A stretch of DNA of 64,000 nucleotides from Cercozoa sp. M6MM. Taxonomy: Eukaryota > Protista > Endomyxa: Ascetosporea. A program made the translations under genes and the position numbers. Each line of letters begins with the position of its first letter. Position 1 is the first letter of the stretch. Below, piece by piece: positions 12,438 to 24,126 of this stretch. A model generated the notes under the pieces. That model was not told where the DNA came from. It worked only from the letters and a program-made list of their open reading frames with translations, and did not search any database. The stretch is taken from assembly GCA_040357565.1 (NCBI GenBank), contig JBDODJ010000001.1; one strand, written 5' to 3'.

Positions 12438-14443
12438 ATGGCCCTGATCAGAGGGTCGATGTTTCGACTCCACAGCTTGGTGTCGTTCGGGCGATTTTTT
12501 AGTTTCAATGGCTATTCAAAACTACGTTGCCAGGTATGTAGCTTGCGTTGTCATGTCCCAAATGTGCCTTTCTATGTGCTGCTTCGACTGCAGGGGATTG
12601 AGGTGACTGCCGGGGCGCGCACTTTCCCGAAGGAGTTGCTCAAGAAGGACCTGCTGCGATACTACAGTCTGCTGCCTCGCGATTTGCGTCTGCTGCCGTG
12701 GCAGGACGCCAAGTGTCTAACAGCCCGGTCTTCGATGAACGGCATGACTACTGACGAAAAGGCGCGAGCTGAGCAGGCACCCGAACCGGTCGACGAGGAC
12801 ATCGCGCCTGTCGTGTCGCGTGCCATGCGACATGAGGACACATCGCTCGCCACGTCGCTGTTGCAGATGTTCCGCGTGGACAAGGTACGATCCTGTCTTT
12901 CCTCCCCTTTAATCTTGTCTGAGTCAACTTGTTCCTGCAGGCAGCTGATGTGTTCAAGCAGAGCGACATTCTTGACAACGCACCGCATTGTCTCGTGTAT
13001 GCTTCTGTGTGTCTGTGTGTCTCTTGTGCTGCTGCCTGTGCGAACTTAAGAATGCAATACAGAGCGAACGGACAGCGTCGAAGACAGCCACGTCTGCTTG
13101 TGCGTGACGGCAGCATCGTGTTGCATCTCGGCAATGTCACCGCTGTCATCCGCGCTGACAGGTACCTCTCGATGTGTTGCTAGCATTGTACAAAGAGACC
13201 AGTCCACTTGTTACACAGGTCAGTCGTGCTGCATGCCACTCCTTCGAAAAACGTCTTTGTGGATCGTAACTTGCTTCCGATGGTGCACGACTGGCAGAAC
13301 GTCGATCGACAAACCGCGCTGCCGTTTGAGTTTATTGTTCTCGAGTGTGGTACCCCTTCAGTCCACTTGATAGCAAGGTTAGGGAAGTGAGATTGTCTGA
13401 GCGTAGCGCTGTCGCACGCCGTCAACAGTCGCCGGCAGAAACGCGACGAGTTGTTCCAAGTGGGCCAAGAACTACTGCCCAAGATCGGTCTGAAACAGCC
13501 GGTTGAAGTCGACAGTGCCGTGCTCGAGTTCAAGATGCGACTGGCCAATCAGCTGCACTTTTGCGAGTCCCTCCTTGAAGCACTCAACGAGTTGTTGAAG
13601 AATGATGAAGATATGAGTCAGATGGTACTGCTGTTGTCACATAACTGTCTTTTTGCGGTTGAGGGAGTATGTCTGGGTTTTGTGCAGTACCTGACGCACT
13701 ACAGAGAGTACGTCCAGGCACACAAAAGACCCTTCTGTCTTTGGCTGACTTGTGATGCATGTTCCTGCAGGCATGGACACGCACGCGACATCTCAGATCA
13801 CGACGAACTTGAGCTGCTGCTTGAACACTTTGTGAGGTAGACCAAACTACCCCCTCCAGTAGTTTGCTATCTTAAGTTCTTTGTGCCAAAGCGAGTTGGA
13901 AGAAGTTCACGAGGACCTTGAGAACATGCGGGATAGTGTACGCTTCTTTATGTCTTTGTGTCACAATATGCAAGTTTGTTCGTTGTTTCTGGCAGGTCTA
14001 CAACGTTGAAAAGGCCGTTCGATTGCAGCTGGATCGGCAACGAAACGAGATTCTCAAGTTCGATCTTAGACTACAGGTCATTGGGTACACTCTGCACTGT
14101 GTTTAAGGATCAGTCACAGATCTGTGTTTATTCTTGTTACTTTCAAAAAAGAACGGCGGCGGCTGTATCTGCTTTTGGAGCCGGCGTGTTTGGCATGAAT
14201 CTTTTGGTATCAACACTGCCTGTTGTATCTCTGGTATGCAATGACGAAATCCCCGTGTTGTAGTCTGGTCTGGAAGAGCACCCACACATGTTCTGGTCAG
14301 CAAGTGCTGCACTCGGCTCCCTTATTCCGGTGGGTTTTTGTATCCCTTGTGTAGAAGGGTGTACATGTGCAGCATGTCTGTGTGTGCAGCTTTCGATGTG
14401 GAGCGCACGCCTTGTTTGCCGCTACAGAAATATCGTTTTGTAG
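12438..14443 (+). CDS. MRS2: MRS2/CorA-family magnesium transporter
   Basis: LPFEFIVLE, LLKNDEDMSQMYL, ELELLLEHF, LDRQRNEILKFDL, GVFGMNL (GMN motif), SGLEEHPHMFW followed by a second TM. Confidence 0.93.
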
Positions 14444-14664
14444 ATCGACCGCGATTGTAATTTAAGTTTCGCAGGTTCAGTTCGATACATTCAGTTCCGA
14501 ATCCGATGCAAGCTCGTTAGAAAACGAAAGTTAAAAAACAACAGGGCAAAAAATGAACCGAATTGAATTCGAGCGAGTGAGTGGTCACTTCACGGTTGTG
14601 CGAAACGACAGAGACGCCGCCGCCGTGCTCACAACGGCGTCAACGCAATGTGCCAAGCTCAAGC

Positions 14665-15754
14665 CTAATCCGACTTGGAGGCATCGATCAGACGAGTGAT
14701 GATGTCGAAAGCAACAGCGAGGTTCTCCTGCGGGTATGGGCGCGAGCTCACCTACCGTACCACAAGAGAGCCACATGAAGACATGCTTTTGACAGGGCAG
14801 ACAACGCAGGGAGAAAGGTACCGCCATGGCGAAGAAGCCTTCGGCATCGACGCGGCTGCCGGCGAGTTCGACAAAGGCGGCACGTTGCTCCTCGGTGAGC
14901 GGCAGGCGGCGCGTGTCGAGACGCACGCGCACCTTGCGCAGCAGGTCGCTCTCCATGGTGCGGCGACGCGCCGGGTTCTCAAAGGGCGTGTCGATGCACG
15001 AGGCGTAGCTCACGGCCACGGGCGTCTGCTCGAAGCCGGTCTTGCGCGGCGTGGCCGTGAGGCGCGCCAGCAGGCGGCGCTTCTGCGCGTGCAGGCGGCG
15101 GCGCAGACGACCGCGGTGCGCGATCATGCGGTCGCGCTGCTCGACCGAGAGACGCGAGTTGATGTCGCGCTCGTCGAGACGCGCACGGAACATGGTGTTG
15201 TCGCCGAGCTCCGACATGGCCGGCGGCGGCACCGACTCAGAGCGACGACGGTCGTACGGGTGCGCCGGCGGCTGCATCGGCACCTCGACGCCCGAGCGCT
15301 CAGTCTCCGTCGGCAGCACGCCCAGCTCGTGCACGCCGGACAGTTCGCGCACGCGCGTCAGGTCGTAGTCGGCCAGTCGCTCGATCTGCAGCGGCTTGAC
15401 GCGCTTCTCCCAGTCCTCGGCGTCCGTGGCCGGCACCAGCATCATGTCGTTGCGCGTCGGGTGCATGTAGTGCTCATCGCGCTTCGTCTGCGACACCGGC
15501 GCCACGCTGCCAAAAGCAAGGTTGTTTGTGTATCAAACACTTCGAACACGACTAGCACAAACAGAGCGAGTGCCAGGATACCTGAGGAAGTTGCCACTGC
15601 GCAGCTCCTCGTCGTACAGGTACGGCACGTACTGACGGTCCAGTCGCTGCGCAAAACGCGCAAAACTGTGCGTAGCAACGCCCTCTGTGCTCTCGGATGC
15701 CGCCCGAGCACCCTTCGTGGCGAATTTCACCAGCCGCCTCGTCGCAGCTTGCAT
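14665..15754 (-). CDS. MRPS35: Mitochondrial ribosomal protein mS35 (MRP-S28/Rsm24 family)
   Basis: Arg-rich presequence; C-terminal RKVRVRLDTRRLPLTEEQRAAFVELAGSR...SSRPYPQEN resembles the mS35 domain. Confidence 0.7.
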
Positions 15755-16004
15755 CTCCTATTTCGAAAGACCAGCGTGCACAAGATCAAATCCCAGAAAC
15801 GCAAACTACAGCAGCGGAAAACTAGGTTTGGACTAACACAATGACTTACGTCTTGTTCGCACTGCACCGAACCGTTTGGGTCTTTTCCGGGCCGCTGCCG
15901 CACGTTTGGGCTCACAAGAGCCAGCGAGCCCAAATGCACACCAGACCTTCTGATGAACGACGTAGGTCATTCGCGGTTGGTTTGAGTGTCTTCCGAGCGC
16001 CAAA

Positions 16005-18629
16005 ATGCCAGCGTACACTCTTTCTTGGGAGTATTGTGAGCTGATGTTTTTCTCATTCCTGAGGCTCTTGCAGCAAGTTTTCCGTGCCGAAGCCGCAGCT
16101 CAATGACAACATGGACAACGTTGTCGTTGTCGACAGTCTTGTACGTTGCCTTCGTCTTGTTTTCTTTTTTTCGTCTTTTCCCTCAGGATTGATTTTCTTT
16201 TTGTGTGGTGAGCAGCCGATTGTGACTGCCGAGAAGCTGCCGAAGCTGGAGGCCGCCTTGAAGAAGGTGCTCAGCAAGTTCGGCACTGTCGAGACCGTGC
16301 ATCTGGCGGCCAACGAGCGCAGTCTCGGCTACGCTTTTGTCGAGTTCACGACGGCTGATCAGGCCAACGCTGCTCTGGTTGGGTAGTGTGGCTCTGTAAT
16401 GACGTTGTGTCAGTTATCACCGGTGTTGTGAGCAGTGCCAACAACTTCTCATTCGGCAAGTCGACGCTGTCGGTGAACCTGTTCAGTGACCTCGCCAAGT
16501 TCGCCGAGCTGAGCGAGGAGTACGAGAAGCCGAGTGTCAAGGACTTCAGGTCACTCACGGTATCTCTCTTTCCATCCAGCGGGAGAAGAACCTATCTGTA
16601 CAACCTGTGTGAACAGGAGAAGCGCGAGTGGCTCCTGGACAGCCGTGCTCGTGATCAGTACCTGGTGCGCTCGCGACGAGACGATGTGCACGAGACCGAG
16701 TTGTTCTGGAACGATCCTGCCGATGGTGACCGCGTGCTGGTGCGTTTTGCTTTGTCGCATTTTGTGGTTTAACTTTGAGGCTTGATGTCATGTGTTTTCT
16801 TAGGTCAACGGTGGTGAGAAGCAGAAGAACCAGGGTACCACGTGGTGCGACCGTTTCGCCGGTTTCTCGCCGCTCGGTACTTACATGTACACGGAGCACG
16901 CCGATGGGTACCGCCCCTATCTGCTCTCTGTTGGGTTGTCTCGAGAGCTGAAGGATGTTTGGCTTGCGTGCAGTCTGCAGCTCTGGGCCGGTGACGACAT
17001 GGAGCGCGTCGGTCGCTTCCCGCACCAGGACTTCAAGCGCGGTCAATTCTCGCCCAACGAGAAGTACCTGATCACGTTCAACGGCCGCGATCGCCCGAAG
17101 GACGCACAGGAGAAGGTAACATTTGACCTAATGCCCGCATGTGCACCTGGTATAGGTGTTCACACTGTCTGTGTAGGGACCTGCTGCCTTCCACCTGTGG
17201 GACATTGCCAGCGGCCGACTGCTGCGTCCGTTCCAGGGCGGCTATGCACTGACGCGCAAGGAGCGCATCTGGCCCGTGTTCAAGTGGTCGTTCGATGACT
17301 CGCTGCTGGCGCGTGTCGAGAAGGACAAGATCATGGTGTACGACGCCTCCACGGGCTTCCGACTGCTCGACAAGCGCAGTCGTAACCTTGCTCTTTACTC
17401 TGTGCCCTGCGTGCCTGAGGGTACACCTGTGTGACAGTGCAAGTGCCCGAGGTGCACGACTGCCAGTGGGCGCCGGCCGCTGTGCCCAAGTCGGTGACGT
17501 CGTCGCGCAAGCTGCTGGCCTACACGGTGCCGGGCACCAAGTCGCGTCCGTGCGAGGTGTCGCTAGTGTCGCTGCCGTCGCGCGACACGGTGCGTGACCG
17601 TCACCTGGTGCGCAGCAAGGACCTGCGTCTGCGGTGGCACCCGCAGGCGCGCTACCTGGCCGTGAGTGCCACGCGACTCACGCGGCAGGAGAAGGAGATC
17701 GGCACGCACCTCGTCATCTTCCGCACGCACGAGCAGAACGTGCCGGTGGACGAACTGCAGTTCGACGAGCCCGTGCTCGACGTCAACTGGGAGCCCAACG
17801 GCAACCGCTTCTGCGTCGTTCTCGGTCAGGAGACTTCGGCCACGGTGCGCTTCTACGAGATCGTGCCCAACAAGAACAAGGTACTTCCCTGTCCTCAACA
17901 CGTCTGTTCCATTCTTTTATGCCTGCATGTGTGTGTGCCTGCAGATCAACATGCTGTTCGAGACGCCGGGCAAGTTCGCCAACAAGGTGATGTGGTCGCC
18001 GGCCGGCCGCTACTGCTGCGTCGCCGGTCTCGGCAAGATGAACGGCTACCTGTACTTCTACGACGTCAAGCGACAGGAGATCCTCACGGACGGTGTCATG
18101 CACCCGCGTGCCACGCACGTTGAGTGGGATCCCTCTGGCCGCTACTTGGCCTCGGTGATGGCGCAGCCGCTCGACGCCGCCAGTAGCGAGGGCGGCTTCC
18201 GTTTCATGAAGAACAACGCTTACAAGATCTGGAGTCACCGTGGCGTGGAGCTGTACCCCTCCTTCCTACCCTCGCTTGTTTCAGTGTGTTTGATGCCTCC
18301 CTGTATGTCCTCTTGGCAGCGTGCAGCAACAGTACCTGGCGCTCCTGCAGTTCACGTGGAGACCGCGACCGCCGACAATTCTGTCGCAGGAGGAGCAGCG
18401 CAAGGTGCGCAGCGAGCTCAAGTCGACCTACGTGCCAGCCTTCCGCAAGGAGGACGACGCCATTCGCTCACGCCGCGAGGGCGACAGCGCCGCCACACGC
18501 CGCGTCATGACGCAGTCGTGGCGACAGCTGCGCGCCAACCACCGAGCCCGCGCTACCGCGTGGAAGCCCGAGACCAACGCCGACGACTACATCGTCGAGA
18601 CCGTCGTCAAGGAGCACGAGCTCAGCTAA
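16005..18629 (+). CDS. EIF3B: Eukaryotic translation initiation factor 3 subunit B
   Basis: N-terminal RRM (VVVVDSLPIV...SLGYAFVEF), REWLLDSRARDQY, FSPLGTY, FSPNEKYLIT, WPVFKWSFDD, WEPNGNRF, VEWDPSGRY, FTWRPRPPTIL. Confidence 0.96.
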
Positions 18630-18701
18630 ATGCCGGTCGTTTGGGTTGCCTAGGCCTGCCCGTGTTTGTTAGTGCTTTGCAACTTTCGTTTACGTTGAAT
18701 A

Positions 18702-20269
18702 TTAGTCGTCGCTAGTGCGCGAGACTGCTGAGGCAGGCTGAGACGTCTTTGAGTCGTCCTGCTGCTCCCGACGCTTTTGGTCGCGGATCATTTGCTTCCT
18801 GCGCTTGCGCTTCTCCTTACGACGCAGCCGACTCTCCTGATGGGAGAAACAAGCGACGGAATCAAATTGCACCACGACCAAATCGAGCAAAGAACAAGAT
18901 ACCGCACGACGGATCAGACTCTTGGAAGGGGCCTTCTCCATCTGCTGTTCGCGAAGTTTCTCCTTCAGCTCTCTCGCTGTACAGGCAAACATATGTGGAA
19001 ATGTGCAGATGACACCTAAGGCAACACACCATGCAAGTGACCAGCGCTGAATTCCTTAGCAGGGATGTCACCAACGCGCACACCCTTTGCATCAGCACGT
19101 TGTGACGTCTCGTAGACACAATACATACAAACATAGGAATCGGCGGTACTTTGTGTTGCAAGGCAAGCGGCATGACGTCGCGCCACACGCGCACCCTCCG
19201 GGCCACGGAAGCGATGCCACCATCGTCATACTCGACATCAGGTGCTTGCATGAAGCACCGGTCGTAGTAGATCCAATCACAGCACGCAACCTAGCAAAAC
19301 AGATAATACCGGCTACAAGAAAAGTCAAGAGTGGGGCAGAAATACCTGAATGATGGAAACGGTAGGCAGCCTGCGATCGGTGTAATCTTCAGGCAGCTGC
19401 AATGCAGCCACAGCCATCTCGGGCGTCACGTGCGCGTGCACGAGAAAAATGACGATGTGCTCGTCCCAGGTGCCATTCTCAAGGCTCTCTTCCTTGAGCG
19501 GCAGCACAAGCGGAATCTCCACTTCCTCCACCTTTTTGGGCATGCAGTGCAGCCCACGAATGGAGCGCCACGGCGCGTCCTCTGGTCTGAGGATCGGGTC
19601 GATGGAGATCTGGCGTCTCCACTTCGTACGGTACGCAGCAAATGCCGACGTTCTCTGCGTAAATTAATAGTATAGATACGAAATTAAGCATAGCCAAAAG
19701 GCAAGAAATAAAGCGAAGCTTACAGGAGCGACTCCATCACCAACACTGATACCAGTGGTGTTTCGAGAATTCAACTTCACCTAAAGCATAAACATATATT
19801 TAGGAAGGGCATATCGACATCACATGACACGAATCTACAGGCATACACGCGTACACAAGGAGTGAGTGTACGATAGACTTGAGGTGTGTACTTGCGGCAA
19901 AGATTGCTGCCTGTCAGTAAGTACATATAAAACTAGTTTTATTTTATCTATGACCCAGAGCGATGTGTAATAAGAGATACGGTCGTTTCCGAAATCTCCT
20001 TGGCATTGGGAAACAAGCCCATCGAGAGCAACTCAATCGAACACTGCAAATACGAAGCACGGTAACTTCAACATGAGCAACGATTGACATGCTAAGCATT
20101 CCTTCAAGCGTAAAAACTCGTCGATGTGTTTTGTTTTCATTGGCACAAGGCCAGTGCGCTGTCACGAATGTGGCATATCGATACAATAGCACACACAATC
20201 AACTTCATAGGTCAAAAATTCCCTTTATACCTCATCGCGCTGAGCAAAGTACGGATTGGCGAAAGACAT
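18702..20269 (-). CDS. Hypothetical protein with basic coiled-coil C-terminus
   Basis: GT-AG exon chain from MSFANPYFAQRDE to ...RRKEKRKRRKQMIRDQKRREQQDD...*; no family recognised; the 5' exons are tentative. Confidence 0.45.
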
Positions 20270-20496
20270 CGCAATAATCGCACTCGCTGTGTAGAACAGT
20301 GAGAACAAACCACTTGAGAGCCACTGGCTACACAGAGAATGTCACAATCAAAATAGCTTCACCAAAGAGCAAGCTATAGCGTGCGAAACTGTGCCTGTAG
20401 TATATTGTTAGCTCCCAGTTGTTGATCAAACGAAAGGATCCAAGTGCGTCATCGACAGAAAGGTCACGTGCCGTTGCCTTTGTCGCGGACGTGTCT

Positions 20497-23400
20497 ATGT
20501 CGCTGCGCAAGAAAGGCGGACGCGTGCAGCGACTCGACAAGAGCGTAGCGGATGCGATCAATGCACAGCAAGTGATCACAGAGCCAGTCTCAGTCATCAA
20601 GGTAATCTCTCCATCTCTTCGTACTATAAACCAGCGCGCCCCACTTGTACTTCCTCAGGAACTGGTGGAAAACGCGCTCGATGCAGGTGCTATGAGTGTT
20701 GAGGTTTCATTCTCTGGCAATGCATTCAGTCACCTACGAGTTGTCGACAATGGTACAATTTGCTATCGTTGAGTACTATTTCTGTGTTGGCATCAGCGTG
20801 TGTTGTTTTCGCAGGCAGTGGAGTGAAGAAGGAAGATTACGAAAAGGTGTGTCGCCGTGGTGCGACTTCGAAATTGTCTTCGTTCAACGCACTCGCTTCA
20901 AGCACATCGCTTTCCCTCGGTTTCCGAGGTGCTTTTATTCACACTGGGGGAGGGTGGGCTATCTGCTTCGTTTTGTTTACCCTGTGTTGCAGGAGAGGCA
21001 CTGGCCGCTCTGTGTGCTGTGTGTCAGAAGGTCCGTCTGCACACGTGCACGGACGAGAGCGATGTGACAAAAGGTGTCATGCTGCACTACGGTAGCACAG
21101 GTGAGTTGCAGCAGCAGGTGGCACAGTCGCGACAGAAGGGCACTTCCGTACTTGTGCTTTAATGTGTAGTTAGAGTCTTTGTAAGTTTGCTCGGAATAGG
21201 TCATGGCAGACGGCTTGTTCCACAACCTGCGAGTTCGTCGAATCGATGCGGAAAAACAGCGTCGAAAGCACATTGTATTTTCTTGCTTTGTGTTGTTTGT
21301 AATTGTTAAACTCCCCTGTGTAGTCACGCATGGTGGCCCTGCTGCAACGCTACGCTTTGCTAAAGACTCACGTGAAGTTCTCACTGCGGCAAGATGCCTC
21401 CAGTGACAAGGGCGACGCTGCTGCCAGTGCGAAAACGCTGCTGCAGACACGCGGCTCGGGCGACCTGGTGCGCACGCTGCGCGACCTGTTCGATGCGCGG
21501 CTGGTGCGCGGCATGAAAACCTTCAACGAGCAGCGACGCCTCCAGCTCGCGAAAGCTTCGCGCAAACTGCGCTGTCGTGACATTCACGGCAACGACAGCG
21601 ACAGTGAAGATGACGACAACGGTGCTGTCGGTTTCGATCTTGGCTCCTTTGTGTTCGATGACGACAAGGAAGTCAGTACTTTTGTTATTTGGTTTTTTGT
21701 GTCCGAGCGGATGTACTTTGGCTTTGTATCACTCAGAGAAAGAAAACGAGGAGTTTGCCGATGTGCGAGTGCACGGTGCCATCACACACCCGTCAGAGAG
21801 TGAAGGCAGAGGCAGTGCCGAGCGGCAGTTCATGTTTGTCAATCGACGGCCTGTGCAGTAGCCTTGCTTTGTTCTGTTTCTGTTTTTCTCTTTCACTTTT
21901 GTGTTGTTTTGTGTGTCAGCTGTCGTTCCTTACGCAAGCGTGTGAACACATTGTTTGCCGCCCAGAGTAGCAACAAACGCGCATGCTTTGCGCTGTTTGT
22001 GGAGACGCCGGCTCATTTGGTCGACAGCAATGTTACTCCGGACAAGACCGTTGTTCTTTTTGACCAGCGCATCGAGGTTTCTGCTTTACTGTTTTGTGTG
22101 TTTGTTTCGACTGAGTTGTTGCTTTCGCTAAACAGGCACCGCTAATGCAGATGGTGGAGGAGGTGCTGGAACAGGTGTTCCGTGCCTCGCAGCGAAGCTT
22201 TGGCGTGCGCACGACGCAGACACTGCTGGCCGAGACGAAGAGCGTGCTCGGCAAGCGTCCACTGTCGGCGATGAGCAAGAGTGACCAAAGCGACACCTCG
22301 TCGACCACTTCGTTCGTTCAGATCGACCACTGCTGTCATCATGGCGAGCAGCACGCGACGCTTGGTCAAAGTCAAGAAACGCAGCAGAGTGAGCCGTCTC
22401 TCGGTGACTTGAAGCAAGAGGTGTGCACACAGCTGTGCAGTGAGGATATTGACATTGACACTATGATCGACATGGAACAACAACAGCAAGAACGACAGAA
22501 ACAGCTACAGCAGGCAGCAGATCATTTGGCAGTGCCTGTGAAACAGGAGAATGATGGCGACGAGGACGACTTTGATGACCTCATGCAGCTCTTCGATGTG
22601 CCTTCGGACAAGGAGAACAAACCGCTTGTTCCGATGGAGCCAGTGACAGTGCCTGAAGCTTCCAACGCTGCCACAAACGACAGGGGAAGCAGTGCATCCG
22701 ATGACAACATCAATGTCAAACTGGAGCCGATGCGAGACGATGACAAAGACCTCTCTGAGCAGTCGTCGTCGCCTGTTGCTTGCAGAAGCGTCAGTTTCGA
22801 CACGAGTACACTCGCTGCCGCACTCGATGCTGCCGGTACAGTTTCAGTATTGTAGCGCCCTGATATGATACATTTGCTCTTCTGCAGAACTAAAGGAAGA
22901 AGAGAGCGACGGCACACTCGGCACGCGACTGGCCAAAATGACAGCACGTGGCGAGGATGAGTACAAATCATCCACACTGCGGAAGGAGGACCTGTCAGTC
23001 ATGGCACAACACGTTGCTGGTGCTTCACTTGTGCTTTGTGTTGGTGCGAGTGGGGTAACTTGATCTAACTGACTTGACTGACTTGACTGTAGGCCAGTTC
23101 AACCTGGGCTTCATCGTGGCGCGCTTCAACTCGCAGCTCTTCGTGGTCGATCAGCACGCGAGCGATGAGATTCGCAACTTTGAGCGACTGCTTGGAGAGT
23201 TGCAGGTGCACACGCAGCCGCTGGTGGCCCCGCTGCCTGCTGGTTTGCCTGCCGACCTGGAGGATGTACCTGTCCCTTCTTGTGCTTAAAATGTCAGGTA
23301 ATAATGTGTTTGTTTGTGCAGGCACTGCTGGCTCACCCCGGCGTGGCAAAAGCCAACGGTTTCCGACTCGAGATTGATGCTGATGCTTTGCCCGGCCAGC

Positions 23401-23934
23401 GTGTGTGTATCACGGCAATGCCGGTTTGTGCTGGCAAGAGATTCGGCCGTGAAGATTTGGAAGACTTGGCTGCTCAGGTAACTGGACTGTGTGGGTTGAG
23501 TGTTCAGCAACTCAAACTGTCTGTGTGTGTAGCTTGATGCACTGCCGAGTGGTGTCGAGTACCATCTCAACGAAAAAGGCGTCGCTCAAGGTGGGCAGGC
23601 GCCTCTCCCACGCCCACGAAAGTTCACGCTAATTTGCGCCAGCAAGGCGTGTCGATACTCCACAATGGTACTGCGCGATTGTCTAAGCATGCAGTTGGTT
23701 TTACTGTGCTGGCAGATTGGCGACCAGTTGGACCTGCCAAAGATGTCGAAGCTAGTGAGCAATCTCGCAAGTCTAAGACGTCCATGGAACTGTCCGCACG
23801 GACGGCCAGTGATGAGGCACATCATAGACTTGGACGAGTTGCGACTGCACCTCTGGCAGCAAGAGCGTCCTGAGGACCTTCTCAGGTGTCGAGCGTCGAG
23901 TGACTCAGCTCAGCCTCAGGCTGCGAGAGATTGA
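20497..23934 (+). CDS. PMS2: MutL-family mismatch repair endonuclease (PMS2/yeast Pms1 type)
   Basis: KELVENALDAGA, DNGSG, TSK, GFRGEAL, GQFNLGFI, DQHASDEIRNFE (endonuclease motif), ACR, PWNCPHGRP. Confidence 0.95.
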
Positions 23935-24126
23935 AGCGTTTCACCCCGATTATATACTTAAAGTCGAGTTAAACCAACGTCAGAACGAACAAAAAAGTTG
24001 TACAGCGTCAGAACAGCAAAGCAACGAAACTTACCAAGCAGAATTTTCAAATAATAAAACCAGCGTCGATCTTGTGTGAGGTGTTCCTGCGATCGTTGTG
24101 CATAGTGTTGTGTCTACGTGGTTTAG

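Noticed and set aside
14675-15844. 389-aa + strand ORF (similarly 30891-31463 and 32960-33523)
   Set aside because: Antisense shadows of GC3-rich minus-strand genes.
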